A DNA stretch of 64,000 nucleotides, taken from positions 146,612 to 210,611 of the IMG/VR virus record IMGVR_UViG_3300035181_000357, one strand, 5' to 3'. Position 1 is the stretch's first letter. Each line of letters begins with the position of its first letter. Made by a program: the position numbers and the translations under genes. Under the pieces are notes generated by a model that had not been told where the DNA came from, made no database searches, and was given only the letters and a program-made list of their open reading frames with translations. Below are positions 38,757 through 45,834 of this stretch, piece after piece.

Positions 38757-38843
38757 GCCGAGGTGCCAGAGTGATTGAATGGGCAGGTTTTGTAATCCTG
38801 TAGAGAAATCTCGTCATGGGTTTGAATCCCATCCTCGGCTCCA
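38757..38843 (+). tRNA. tRNA-Thr(UGU) with long variable arm
   Basis: Loop TT-TGT-AA, G1-C72/C2-G71, U73, V-arm GAG-AAAT-CTC. Confidence 0.75.
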
Positions 38844-39011
38844 ATCAAAATTTATTTCATAAAAGTTATCTTCCAGAGATTGTAGTTCGTAATTAATGAA
38901 TTATGTGGTCATGGCCACGCGAATTCCCTTTGACAATTTCATAGAGATCAAGCACACGAGCTCTGCTGTAGAGTCTAACGATTCTGGCACACATGCCGTG
39001 TGTATTTATTA

Positions 39012-39096
39012 GGTAGGGTGGACAATGGTCGTCAAGCGGCTTTGAATACCGTCGCTCCGAGAGGAGTTGCAGGTTCGAATCCTGTCCCTACCGCCA
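39012..39096 (+). tRNA. tRNA-Ser(UGA)
   Basis: Long V-arm, G73, CCA. Confidence 0.9.
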
Positions 39097-39105
39097 ATCT
39101 TTAAT

Positions 39106-39183
39106 GGCCCAGTACGCTAATTGGCAGATGCGGTAAGTTTCAAAAACTTGTGGTTGTCGGTTCGAATCCGACTTGGGCTACCA
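39106..39183 (+). tRNA. tRNA-Leu(CAA), short variable loop
   Basis: TAAGT-TTCAAAA-ACTTG, A73, CCA. Confidence 0.8.
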
Positions 39184-39185
39184 AT

Positions 39186-39274
39186 GGAAGATCGGCACAG
39201 TTGGAGAGGTGCGCCAGTTTGCTAAACTGGTAGATGTAACAGTCTAGAGGGTTCGATTCCCTTATCTTCCGCCA
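39186..39274 (+). tRNA. tRNA-Ser(GCU)
   Basis: CCAGT-TTGCTAA-ACTGG, long V-arm, G73. Confidence 0.93.
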
Positions 39275-39467
39275 AAGTCGTCGCTCGCAAAGCGGAGAGA
39301 GGTAAGTAAGACAGATTAATGGTCTAGAACATCCTGTCAGAGAATACCTTGTAGGTTCAAATCCTACCTTGACAACAATACGCAACGCCATAGAAAAGCC
39401 TTCATCTTAATAGGGATGGGGGGGAAACCCTCGCTGGCTTTTCACCACTTTCGTTGCATTCTTATTA

Positions 39468-39541
39468 CGGTCACTGGCGCAGCCTGGTAGCGCACCTGCT
39501 TTGGGAGCAGGGGGTCGAGTGTTCGAATCACTCGTGGCCGA
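39468..39541 (+). tRNA. tRNA-Pro(UGG), no encoded CCA
   Basis: CTGCT-TTGGGAG region, C1-G72, canonical D arm. Confidence 0.88.
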
Positions 39542-39580
39542 CATCGTGATCTAGACTTAGGTTTAGATCACACAATATCT

Positions 39581-39657
39581 CGGGGTGAAAGTGAGCCTGG
39601 TACACGGTCTGGTTTGGAACCAGAAGATCGTCGGTTCAAATCCGACCTCCCCGACCA
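39581..39657 (+). tRNA. tRNA-Pro(UGG), second divergent copy
   Basis: TCTGG-TTTGGAA-CCAGA, CCA. Confidence 0.85.
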
Positions 39658-39692
39658 ATATCAAACTTTATAATTATATGTAGAGGACTATC

Positions 39693-40049
39693 ATGTTCAA
39701 AGCTAAACTACTAAAGACTGCATCAAGTCCACAATTGACTCTGGCTCAACAAGTCTATGCTCAACATAAGGCAGAGATAGATCCTAAGATTTTCAAGGCT
39801 GCTGACTATGTAGTTGATAATGCTATCGATCTAGATTCTGAAACTGCAGATAATCATCTATTTGGTGATGCTATATTTGAGCCATGGTTTGAAGCCAGCC
39901 CAGAATATCTCAGTATGACAGAAGAATCTGGGAACGAAGATGACGAGACCGATTATATTGGTGGTGTCTGGGAACAAGTTCTGTCTACAAATCCAAAGTA
40001 TAAAGATGTCGTAGCTAAATTTGCTGACATCAGAATCAATGGATATTAA
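39693..40049 (+). CDS. Acidic hypothetical protein starting MFKAKLLKTAS, inserted in the tRNA array
   Basis: AGAGG SD and late-type motif upstream. Confidence 0.75.
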   Translation: MFKAKLLKTASSPQLTLAQQVYAQHKAEIDPKIFKAADYVVDNAIDLDSETADNHLFGDAIFEPWFEASPEYLSMTEESGNEDDETDYIGGVWEQVLSTNPKYKDVVAKFADIRINGY

Positions 40050-40055
40050 TATCAT

Positions 40056-40134
40056 GGAGTGCTAGGGGAGTCAGGCCGTCCCCAGTTGCTTGTCACGCAA
40101 CAGATCACGGGTTCGAATCCCGTGCACTCCGCCA
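40056..40134 (+). tRNA. tRNA-Asp(GUC)
   Basis: GTTGC-TTGTCAC-GCAAC, G73, CCA. Confidence 0.92.
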
Positions 40135-40254
40135 TTCTCTCTAGAAATAGAGGATCATGAGTTGGGTAGAATCCACGTCTGAGGGACGTTAGGTGTCTGC
40201 TGTGCTGCAGCGAGAAACCCCACTAGCAGACCCTGTCTCATGATCAAATATCAT

Positions 40255-40331
40255 GCTCCGTATGCTGAAGTTGTCGAGGCGTTGGTCTGCAAAACCAATC
40301 TTAGCCAGTTCAAGTCTGGCACGGAGCTCCA
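40255..40331 (+). tRNA. tRNA-Cys(GCA)
   Basis: TTGGT-CTGCAAA-ACCAA, U73, CCA. Confidence 0.93.
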
Positions 40332-40360
40332 AATTCGTAATGCCCTTTAGAAGCTTTCAT

Positions 40361-40453
40361 CCACTATAAGGACGTTATCGGAGGTTCGAATCCTCCTCCC
40401 GGAACCAATATCTTATTTTTCATTCCGGGATAGCTTAGTGGCCTAAAGCACGT
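40361..40453 (+). ncRNA. Circularly permuted tRNA-like gene (3' half before 5' half)
   Basis: T arm, TCCCGGA-A-CCA, 16-nt linker, TCCGGGA, D arm, CGT. Confidence 0.75.
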
Positions 40454-40493
40454 AAAAGAGCTTTTTTACTATTTTCATTGCGAAGCCTATTAT

Positions 40494-40579
40494 GGTCCAG
40501 GAGTCCAACGGTTGAGACAGCACGCTGTTAACGTGCCGCTGTAAAAGCACATAGGGTTCAACTCCCTACTGGATCGCCA
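40494..40579 (+). tRNA. tRNA-Asn(GUU) with long variable arm
   Basis: GCACG-CTGTTAA-CGTGC, V-arm GCT-GTAAA-AGC, G73. Confidence 0.85.
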
Positions 40580-40630
40580 TCGGGTAATGATCCCAAGAGA
40601 TATATCAAAGAAGCAAATGAATTTATCCAT

Positions 40631-40718
40631 GCATCAGCGGCAGAGTTGGAGGGCTGCAACGGTCTGTAAAACCGTCGGGTTGATCCCCTAGTAGGTTCGA
40701 GTCCTACCTGATGCACCA
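40631..40718 (+). tRNA. tRNA-Tyr(GUA)
   Basis: ACGGT-CTGTAAA-ACCGT, long V-arm. Confidence 0.93.
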
Positions 40719-40720
40719 AA

Positions 40721-40795
40721 GTCGATAGTGGACGAGGGACGTCCGGGAGTCTTCTAAACTCCATTCTCCGGGTTCGAGTCCTGGTATCGACACCA
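40721..40795 (+). tRNA. tRNA-Arg(UCU), intact
   Basis: GGAGT-CTTCTAA-ACTCC, CCA. Confidence 0.88.
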
Positions 40796-40799
40796 ATTT

Positions 40800-40891
40800 C
40801 CCGGTGTGATGTACGGTTGCATAGGTGGCTTTATACCCCACTCGCGCCAGATTAGCGCCTTGTTAGGGTTCGACTCCCTACGCCGGGACCA
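40800..40891 (+). tRNA. Atypical class II tRNA, anticodon ambiguous (UUA possible)
   Basis: Acceptor, D, V and T arms and CCA present; anticodon arm GGTGG-CTTTATACC-CCACT. Confidence 0.6.
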
Positions 40892-40969
40892 ATTCTTGAT
40901 AACGCCTTCGAATCAGGTTTCATCCATTAAATGAAAAGCCTGTTCATCCTGTTCTTCGTTATCATCCAC

Positions 40970-41043
40970 TGCGCTGTCGTCTAGTGATAAGGCAAGAGAC
41001 TTTGACTCTCTGAACGTAGGTTTGATTCCTGCCAGCGTAACCA
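40970..41043 (+). tRNA. tRNA-Gln(UUG)
   Basis: U1-A72, AGAGA-CTTTGAC-TCTCT. Confidence 0.9.
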
Positions 41044-41165
41044 TCGATTAACTTTCTTTTGAGAGTTCATCAAAATATCATCATCAGTATACTTCCAACC
41101 TGTTGGTAAAATAGAAGGGCTGTTGATGTTAGCACGACTGTTCGACTCAGCCTCGTGCGAAATAT

Positions 41166-41240
41166 GGGCTATAGGAATTAAAGGTTGTTCGCATGACTGA
41201 AAATCATGAGGAGGCGGTTCGATACCGTCATAGCCCACCA
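41166..41240 (+). tRNA. tRNA-Phe(GAA)
   Basis: CATGA-CTGAAAA-TCATG, CCA. Confidence 0.88.
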
Positions 41241-41242
41241 AC

Positions 41243-41322
41243 GTCCGGGTACGCAAATCTGGCAAAGCGACTATCCTCAGAAGGTAGTGACTCTGTGGGT
41301 TCGACTCCCACCTCGGACACCA
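41243..41322 (+). tRNA. tRNA-Leu(CAG), short variable loop
   Basis: CTATC-CTCAGAA-GGTAG, CCA. Confidence 0.85.
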
Positions 41323-41403
41323 ATCAATGCAGATGTACGCTATCTGGTATCTCGGAAATCCTGAAAAGGTTGTGTTTTTAGCACACCGTAACAGGCTTCC
41401 ATC

Positions 41404-41490
41404 GCGGATATGGTGGAACTTGGTAGACACGCAGCTTTGAGATGGCTGTCCCGAAAGGGGGTGGGGGTTCGAGTCCCCCTATCCGCACCA
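41404..41490 (+). tRNA. tRNA-Leu(GAG)
   Basis: Class II cloverleaf, CCA. Confidence 0.92.
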
Positions 41491-41588
41491 ATGTTAGGGG
41501 TTAATGCGGTAGCTGACGCAAGAAACAGTCGCTTCCCCAACATGGAGAGAATCTTGCGTGACTCTCCTCACCTTGTGCGATAAAATAT

Positions 41589-41662
41589 GGGTCCTTAGTT
41601 AAGCGGGATAACTTCTGGTTTGCATCCAGACATCGGGAGTTCGATTCTCCCAGGATCCACCA
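41589..41662 (+). tRNA. tRNA-Ala(UGC)
   Basis: G3.U70, TCTGG-TTTGCAT-CCAGA. Confidence 0.92.
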
Positions 41663-41665
41663 TAT

Positions 41666-41749
41666 GGGGCTGAAGTGACTTTGGTAAGCACACCGTTAGG
41701 GCGTACGCCGAACGGAGGTTATGGGTTCGATTCCCGTCATGTTCCACCA
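41666..41749 (+). tRNA. Ala-identity tRNA-like RNA with masked anticodon (6-nt insert)
   Basis: G3.U70, A73-CCA, D and T arms; arm CCGTT-AGGGCGT-ACGCCG-AACGG. Confidence 0.65.
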
Positions 41750-41755
41750 ATCAAT

Positions 41756-41841
41756 GCATCGGACGCAGAACTGGTTGCTGCCCCAGACTCTTAATCTGGT
41801 TCCTAACGGACTTGGGGGTTCGAATCCCCTCCGATGCACCA
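41756..41841 (+). tRNA. tRNA-Lys(CUU) with long variable arm
   Basis: CCAGA-CTCTTAA-TCTGG, V-arm TCC-TAAC-GGA, A73. Confidence 0.85.
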
Positions 41842-41847
41842 AATATC

Positions 41848-41924
41848 AAGGAGTTGGCCGAGGCTGGCATAGGCGATGGTTTGTGGTACCATACACAGGG
41901 GTTCGAATCCCCTACTCCTGACCA
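41848..41924 (+). tRNA. tRNA-His(GUG), A73 and no G-1
   Basis: ATGGT-TTGTGGT-ACCAT, CCA. Confidence 0.8.
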
Positions 41925-41978
41925 ATTTTTAGGATGTTTTAAACTTCCTGATGCTACTATAGTGAATATGGAGTTTAA

Positions 41979-42977
41979 ATGTCCCATGATAATTATGTCG
42001 TAAAGGTTGGAAACGATTATGTAGAAAGAAGTGCCTTTGTAATCGCTGATTCTACAGATCCTCTTGCTGTTGCTCGTGTTACTAACACTGCTCCTGGAGC
42101 TAGTGATTATGGCGTAGTAGTCAGAATGATCGGTACTGTCTCTGTCACTGGTGGTGGCGGTGGTGCTGTCTATGGACCTTCGTCCCTAGGTGTGGTATTA
42201 TCAAATCCTCCAGTAGCAATTGGTGGAGTTGATGCTGGAGGCTTGTTAAGAGTTATCAGGACTGACGCTGCTGGATATGGGCTAAACATGATTACCAATG
42301 GTACGCAGTTCATGCCCACCATGGATGCTGCGGCTCGTCGTGGTTACATGACTCACACAGATGGTACGAACTCCATGCCAACTGGTGATGCTGTTGCTCG
42401 TGGTATTTATCATCGTATTACGGATGGTGTTACACAAGTGGCCGTTAAAGCAGCTTCGACTGCTGCTGTCGCTGCTGATCCTGCCTTGGTAGTAGCGCTG
42501 TCTCCAAACAATAACACTGCTGCCCTAGCCTGGTTTGAGAAGATCACTGATGGAACAAATACTGCAGCTGTTAAAGCTTCTACTACTGTAGCTGCTATTA
42601 CTGATCCTGCCTTGGTTACGACTCTGAGTCCTAACCTTCCTGTTCCAACGATGAGCACTATCTCATCTGCTGCGACAACGAATGCTACATCTGTTAAAGC
42701 ATCTGCTGGAACCGTATTCAATATCGTATGTTCTAATACTGGTGCTGCTGCTGCGTATGTCAAGTTCTACAACAAGGCTTCTGCTCCTACAGTCGGTACA
42801 GATGTTCCTGTATTTACATTGACCATTCCAGCTTCTGGCTCAGTAATAATCCCTGCATCGTTGATTGGTATTAGATTTGCTACTGGTATTGCTCTGGCAA
42901 TTACCAATTTAGCAGCTGATTCTGATACAACGGCTGTAGTCTTAAATCAAGTCAAAGTAATGACATCCTATATTTAA
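41979..42977 (+). CDS. Ala/Thr-rich repeat protein, probable fibre/decoration protein, inside the tRNA array
   Basis: Repeats ITDG..AVKA(A/S)T..A..DPALV..LSPN and MPT.DA.AR.G. Confidence 0.7.
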   Translation: MSHDNYVVKVGNDYVERSAFVIADSTDPLAVARVTNTAPGASDYGVVVRMIGTVSVTGGGGGAVYGPSSLGVVLSNPPVAIGGVDAGGLLRVIRTDAAGYGLNMITNGTQFMPTMDAAARRGYMTHTDGTNSMPTGDAVARGIYHRITDGVTQVAVKAASTAAVAADPALVVALSPNNNTAALAWFEKITDGTNTAAVKASTTVAAITDPALVTTLSPNLPVPTMSTISSAATTNATSVKASAGTVFNIVCSNTGAAAAYVKFYNKASAPTVGTDVPVFTLTIPASGSVIIPASLIGIRFATGIALAITNLAADSDTTAVVLNQVKVMTSYI

Positions 42978-42995
42978 TAGGATGGTGGTACTACT

Positions 42996-43069
42996 GCGGG
43001 TGTAGCTCAACGGTAGAGCTCCTGGTTTCCACCCAGATGACGAGGGTTCAATTCCCTTCACCCGCTCCA
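42996..43069 (+). tRNA. tRNA-Gly(UCC)
   Basis: GCGGGTG acceptor, U73, CCA. Confidence 0.95.
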
Positions 43070-43080
43070 TTTTTCTCCAT

Positions 43081-43158
43081 AGAGGGTAACGCGAAGTGGT
43101 TGAGCGGCCAGCCTTTCAAGCTGTCGATTAGCGGGTTCAAATCCCGTACCCTTTACCA
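43081..43158 (+). tRNA. tRNA-Glu(UUC)
   Basis: Loop CT-TTC-AA, CCA. Confidence 0.88.
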
Positions 43159-43186
43159 AAGATTCTAAATTTTCGTTGAATTTTAT

Positions 43187-43263
43187 GTCCCCATAGCTGA
43201 GTCTGGCCTTAGCACCGTTCTACGAAAGCGGAGACACTGGTTCAAATCCAGTTGGGGATACCA
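43187..43263 (+). tRNA. tRNA-Arg(ACG)
   Basis: CCGTT-CTACGAA-AGCGG. Confidence 0.9.
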
Positions 43264-43266
43264 ATT

Positions 43267-43341
43267 GCCAGCAAACCCGAATGGTGAGGGGGATGTCTCA
43301 TAAGCATCTTGTCAAGGGTTCGAATCCCTTTGTTGGCACCA
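43267..43341 (+). tRNA. tRNA(CAU) Met/Ile2
   Basis: GATGT-CTCATAA-GCATC, CCA. Confidence 0.88.
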
Positions 43342-43346
43342 CCAAT

Positions 43347-43434
43347 GGAAGATCGCCGAAGTCGGAGCGTCGGAACAGCCTGGAAAGTTGTGGCCGTCAA
43401 AGGCCAGAGAGTTCGAATCTCTCATCTTCCGCCA
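43347..43434 (+). tRNA. tRNA-Ser(GGA)
   Basis: Long V-arm, G73. Confidence 0.92.
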
Positions 43435-43561
43435 TTGAAGAAGAAGAATAAGAATAAGAAGGGTGACCAGAGCGTGATTAATCTGGTTTCATAAAGGTGA
43501 GCTTCCTACATCTTATAAAGATGCACTGCTCGTTACTGTCAGTTCTCAGAAATAAGTTTAT

Positions 43562-43635
43562 TCCAGATTCATTCAAAGGTAGGATGGGAGTTTCTGAAGC
43601 TCTTAATGATGGTTCGAATCCATCATCTGGATCCA
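43562..43635 (+). tRNA. tRNA-Gln(CUG)
   Basis: U1-A72, loop TT-CTG-AA. Confidence 0.85.
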
Positions 43636-43669
43636 TCTAGTGTGTAGCATACATCTATATTTAATCTAT

Positions 43670-43743
43670 TGACCTGTAACTCAATGGCAGAGTAATCGAC
43701 CGATAATCGATAAATGGCAGTTCGAATCTGCCCAGGTCAACCA
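43670..43743 (+). tRNA. tRNA-Ile(GAU) with C33
   Basis: ATCGA-CCGATAA-TCGAT. Confidence 0.88.
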
Positions 43744-43777
43744 ATCCTCTTAGATTTAAATACCAAATAGGAGTAGT

Positions 43778-43918
43778 ATGCAGTTACTAGGTGTGATATC
43801 CATAGTAATCTTCAGCTTATGGTTAGTCTTCAGAAAGAAGAAATGCCATGACTGTGCTAATTCCTTCTGTAAGAATGGGTCTGTGGTGCTAGCGGGAACA
43901 CGCTTGAATGGCATTTAA
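43778..43918 (+). CDS. 46-aa membrane/Cys peptide overlapping tRNA-Ala(GGC)
   Basis: TAGGAG SD; MQLLGVISIVIFSLWLVFRKKKCHDCANSFCKNG... Confidence 0.45.
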   Translation: MQLLGVISIVIFSLWLVFRKKKCHDCANSFCKNGSVVLAGTRLNGI

Positions 43919-43951
43919 GAGTTAAGGGTTCGACTCCCTTCAGATCCACCA
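43877..43951 (+). tRNA. tRNA-Ala(GGC)
   Basis: G3.U70, A32-U38, CCA. Confidence 0.88.
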
Positions 43952-43954
43952 ATA

Positions 43955-44023
43955 CATCCGATATCAAACGGTCAGATACCAGACTTTTAATCTGGAGAGG
44001 CTTGACTCCCACCGGGTGCCCCA
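43955..44023 (+). pseudogene. Degenerate tRNA-Lys(UUU)
   Basis: CCAGA-CTTTTAA-TCTGG intact but T arm eroded. Confidence 0.55.
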
Positions 44024-44039
44024 GTTCTTGTTGGTTCAT

Positions 44040-44114
44040 GGCCCTTTAGCTCAGTGGTAGAGCGGCTTCTTTACACGGAGAAGGTCGGCGGTTCAATCCC
44101 GTCAAGGGCTACCA
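44040..44114 (+). tRNA. tRNA-Val(UAC)
   Basis: Loop TT-TAC-AC, canonical D and T arms. Confidence 0.9.
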
Positions 44115-44118
44115 AAAT

Positions 44119-44191
44119 CGGGAGATAGCTTAAGTGGTAGAGCGGTCTTTGCGCAAGATAGATGGTGCTTCGAGAGCATCTCTCCCGGCCA
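44119..44191 (+). tRNA. tRNA-Arg(GCG), rare isoacceptor
   Basis: Loop TT-GCG-CA, G73, CCA. Confidence 0.7.
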
Positions 44192-44195
44192 ATAT

Positions 44196-44270
44196 GCCTC
44201 ATTAACTCAGCGGAAGAGTTCTGGTCTTCGAAACCAGCAGTCGGCGGTTCGAATCCGTCATGAGGCACCA
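44196..44270 (+). tRNA. tRNA-Arg(UCG)
   Basis: CTGGT-CTTCGAA-ACCAG. Confidence 0.92.
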
Positions 44271-44306
44271 ACTTCGATGTATTATAATGTAAAGTATCTT
44301 TGAAAT

Positions 44307-44385
44307 TGCGGGTGGACTGGTCGGCAATCAGGCGATGTCTCATAAGCATTGTAAAACGGAGGTTCAACTCCCCGACCCGCTACCA
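44307..44385 (+). tRNA. Atypical tRNA-Met(CAU) with 1:72 mismatch and bulged T stem
   Basis: Loop CT-CAT-AA, ACCA end. Confidence 0.65.
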
Positions 44386-44444
44386 AATTTGCAGTACCCT
44401 CTCTTCCAGCTTTATACAGCCGCTAGCTGGACGGCTTTAGCCCC

Positions 44445-45212
44445 ATGTGGGTAGGAGATAGCATGATGCATTATAACAACTCAATCGTAACGATTCTAGA
44501 TGCAAAGACTAAGAATCAATTCCGGGAATATGATCATATAAGACAAGGAAACTTGAGTCAGGTAACTGTCCGAGTTCCTTTTGGATCTGAATATTTATTC
44601 CGTTTTAAATTTCCTGATCAGAAACGTCGTCGGCTTGAGATATCAATCGATGGTACTCTGGTTACAGACAATCTCATCATCACTGATGGTAGTGAACTAG
44701 AGAGATTTGTTGAATCTGATAAAAGATTCAAGTTCGTGGAAGCATCGAATGATGCCGTATCCGATCCAGGTTCTCCATCAAATGGAAAGATCGAGATAAA
44801 GCTCTTTGAAGAATCCCTTCCAATCACCCATCTGACTAAGACCTGGAATGACAACGTTATCTATCGGCCAATCAAAGGTTATCCTGGACCAGGATGTGAG
44901 ATCACATGTTCCTCCTATTCCTCAGATATGAACTTGAATGTCTATAATACTAGTAGCTGCAATGCTTCAAACGTTCTTAGAAGTATGGCATCTAATGACA
45001 TCGGAGCTACGGTAGAAGGATCTAGATCTAAGCAAGAATTTGGATCAACTACATGGCAAGGTGATTCTTTCTGTAGTACTTTCATCTTCTGGATGAAGGG
45101 TAAGCAAAATGATACAAAAGAAGATAAGTTCTGTAGCTCTTGTGGTAACAGTATTCGTAGTGCTGCAGATCGTTTCTGTTCAAAGTGTGGCAACAAAATT
45201 TCTAGAACTTAG
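44445..45212 (+). CDS. Hypothetical protein with C-terminal double Zn ribbon
   Basis: FCSSCG ... FCSKCG; start uncertain. Confidence 0.7.
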   Translation: MWVGDSMMHYNNSIVTILDAKTKNQFREYDHIRQGNLSQVTVRVPFGSEYLFRFKFPDQKRRRLEISIDGTLVTDNLIITDGSELERFVESDKRFKFVEASNDAVSDPGSPSNGKIEIKLFEESLPITHLTKTWNDNVIYRPIKGYPGPGCEITCSSYSSDMNLNVYNTSSCNASNVLRSMASNDIGATVEGSRSKQEFGSTTWQGDSFCSTFIFWMKGKQNDTKEDKFCSSCGNSIRSAADRFCSKCGNKISRT

Positions 45213-45248
45213 AAACACTTAATCGTAAGTGTTATCTAAGAGTGTCGT

Positions 45249-45629
45249 ATGGATTTTGAGTATGGAAGCCTTGATAGGGACATTGATATGGAGCATAGGA
45301 ATCTATGCTCCATATTAGATGATATCACAGAAGCTATCAAGACTCAAGGCCTAATAGAGCCTCTTTTAGAACAGCTATTACACGATAGTGTTATTCATTT
45401 CAAAAATGAAGAAGCTAAAATGCAATTCTATAAGTTCCCTCGTGAAGAATATGAAAGACACAAAGAAGCTCACATTAAACTTATCTCTGTATTCGAAGAG
45501 ATGTTAGAACGCTACACAAATTCTCCTGTGAGGAATTATATCTATTACAGGTTTGTGGATTCATGGCTCAAAAATCATTTCAAGGGCATGGATTCAAAAT
45601 TCGCTGACTTCTTGAATAATAAGAAGTAA
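45249..45629 (+). CDS. Bacteriohemerythrin-like protein
   Basis: IDMEH, HFKNEE, HKEAH, WLKNHFKGMD. Confidence 0.88.
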   Translation: MDFEYGSLDRDIDMEHRNLCSILDDITEAIKTQGLIEPLLEQLLHDSVIHFKNEEAKMQFYKFPREEYERHKEAHIKLISVFEEMLERYTNSPVRNYIYYRFVDSWLKNHFKGMDSKFADFLNNKK

Positions 45630-45641
45630 TAACTAGTTACT

Positions 45642-45717
45642 GGTTCCGAAGCTCAATGGTAGAGCAAGGAGTCTCTAAAACTTCTGGCTGTGGATTCGAA
45701 TTCCACCGGAATCACCA
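45642..45717 (+). tRNA. Amber suppressor tRNA (CUA)
   Basis: AGGAGT-CTCTAAA-ACTTCT, normal D and T loops, A73-CCA. Confidence 0.88.
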
Positions 45718-45834
45718 AATCAAGGGAGAATAGTATGACTGGAAGATCACACCTCTAGGTCCTAGCTCGCTCGCCATGACCTTATAGTATATGTCTGTTG
45801 CTAACTAAGCCTACATATTCTAAAGGAGAAAACA

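Noticed and set aside
35915-44367. Short ORFs in the track overlapping tRNA, tmRNA and structured blocks (e.g. 36438-36785, 37485-37817, 40981-41430)
   Set aside because: They translate RNA genes, mostly antisense, and lack SD sites.
45642-45717. Pyrrolysine tRNA
   Set aside because: Has standard GG in the D loop, TTC in the T loop and two nucleotides between acceptor and D stems; no pyl genes in the window.
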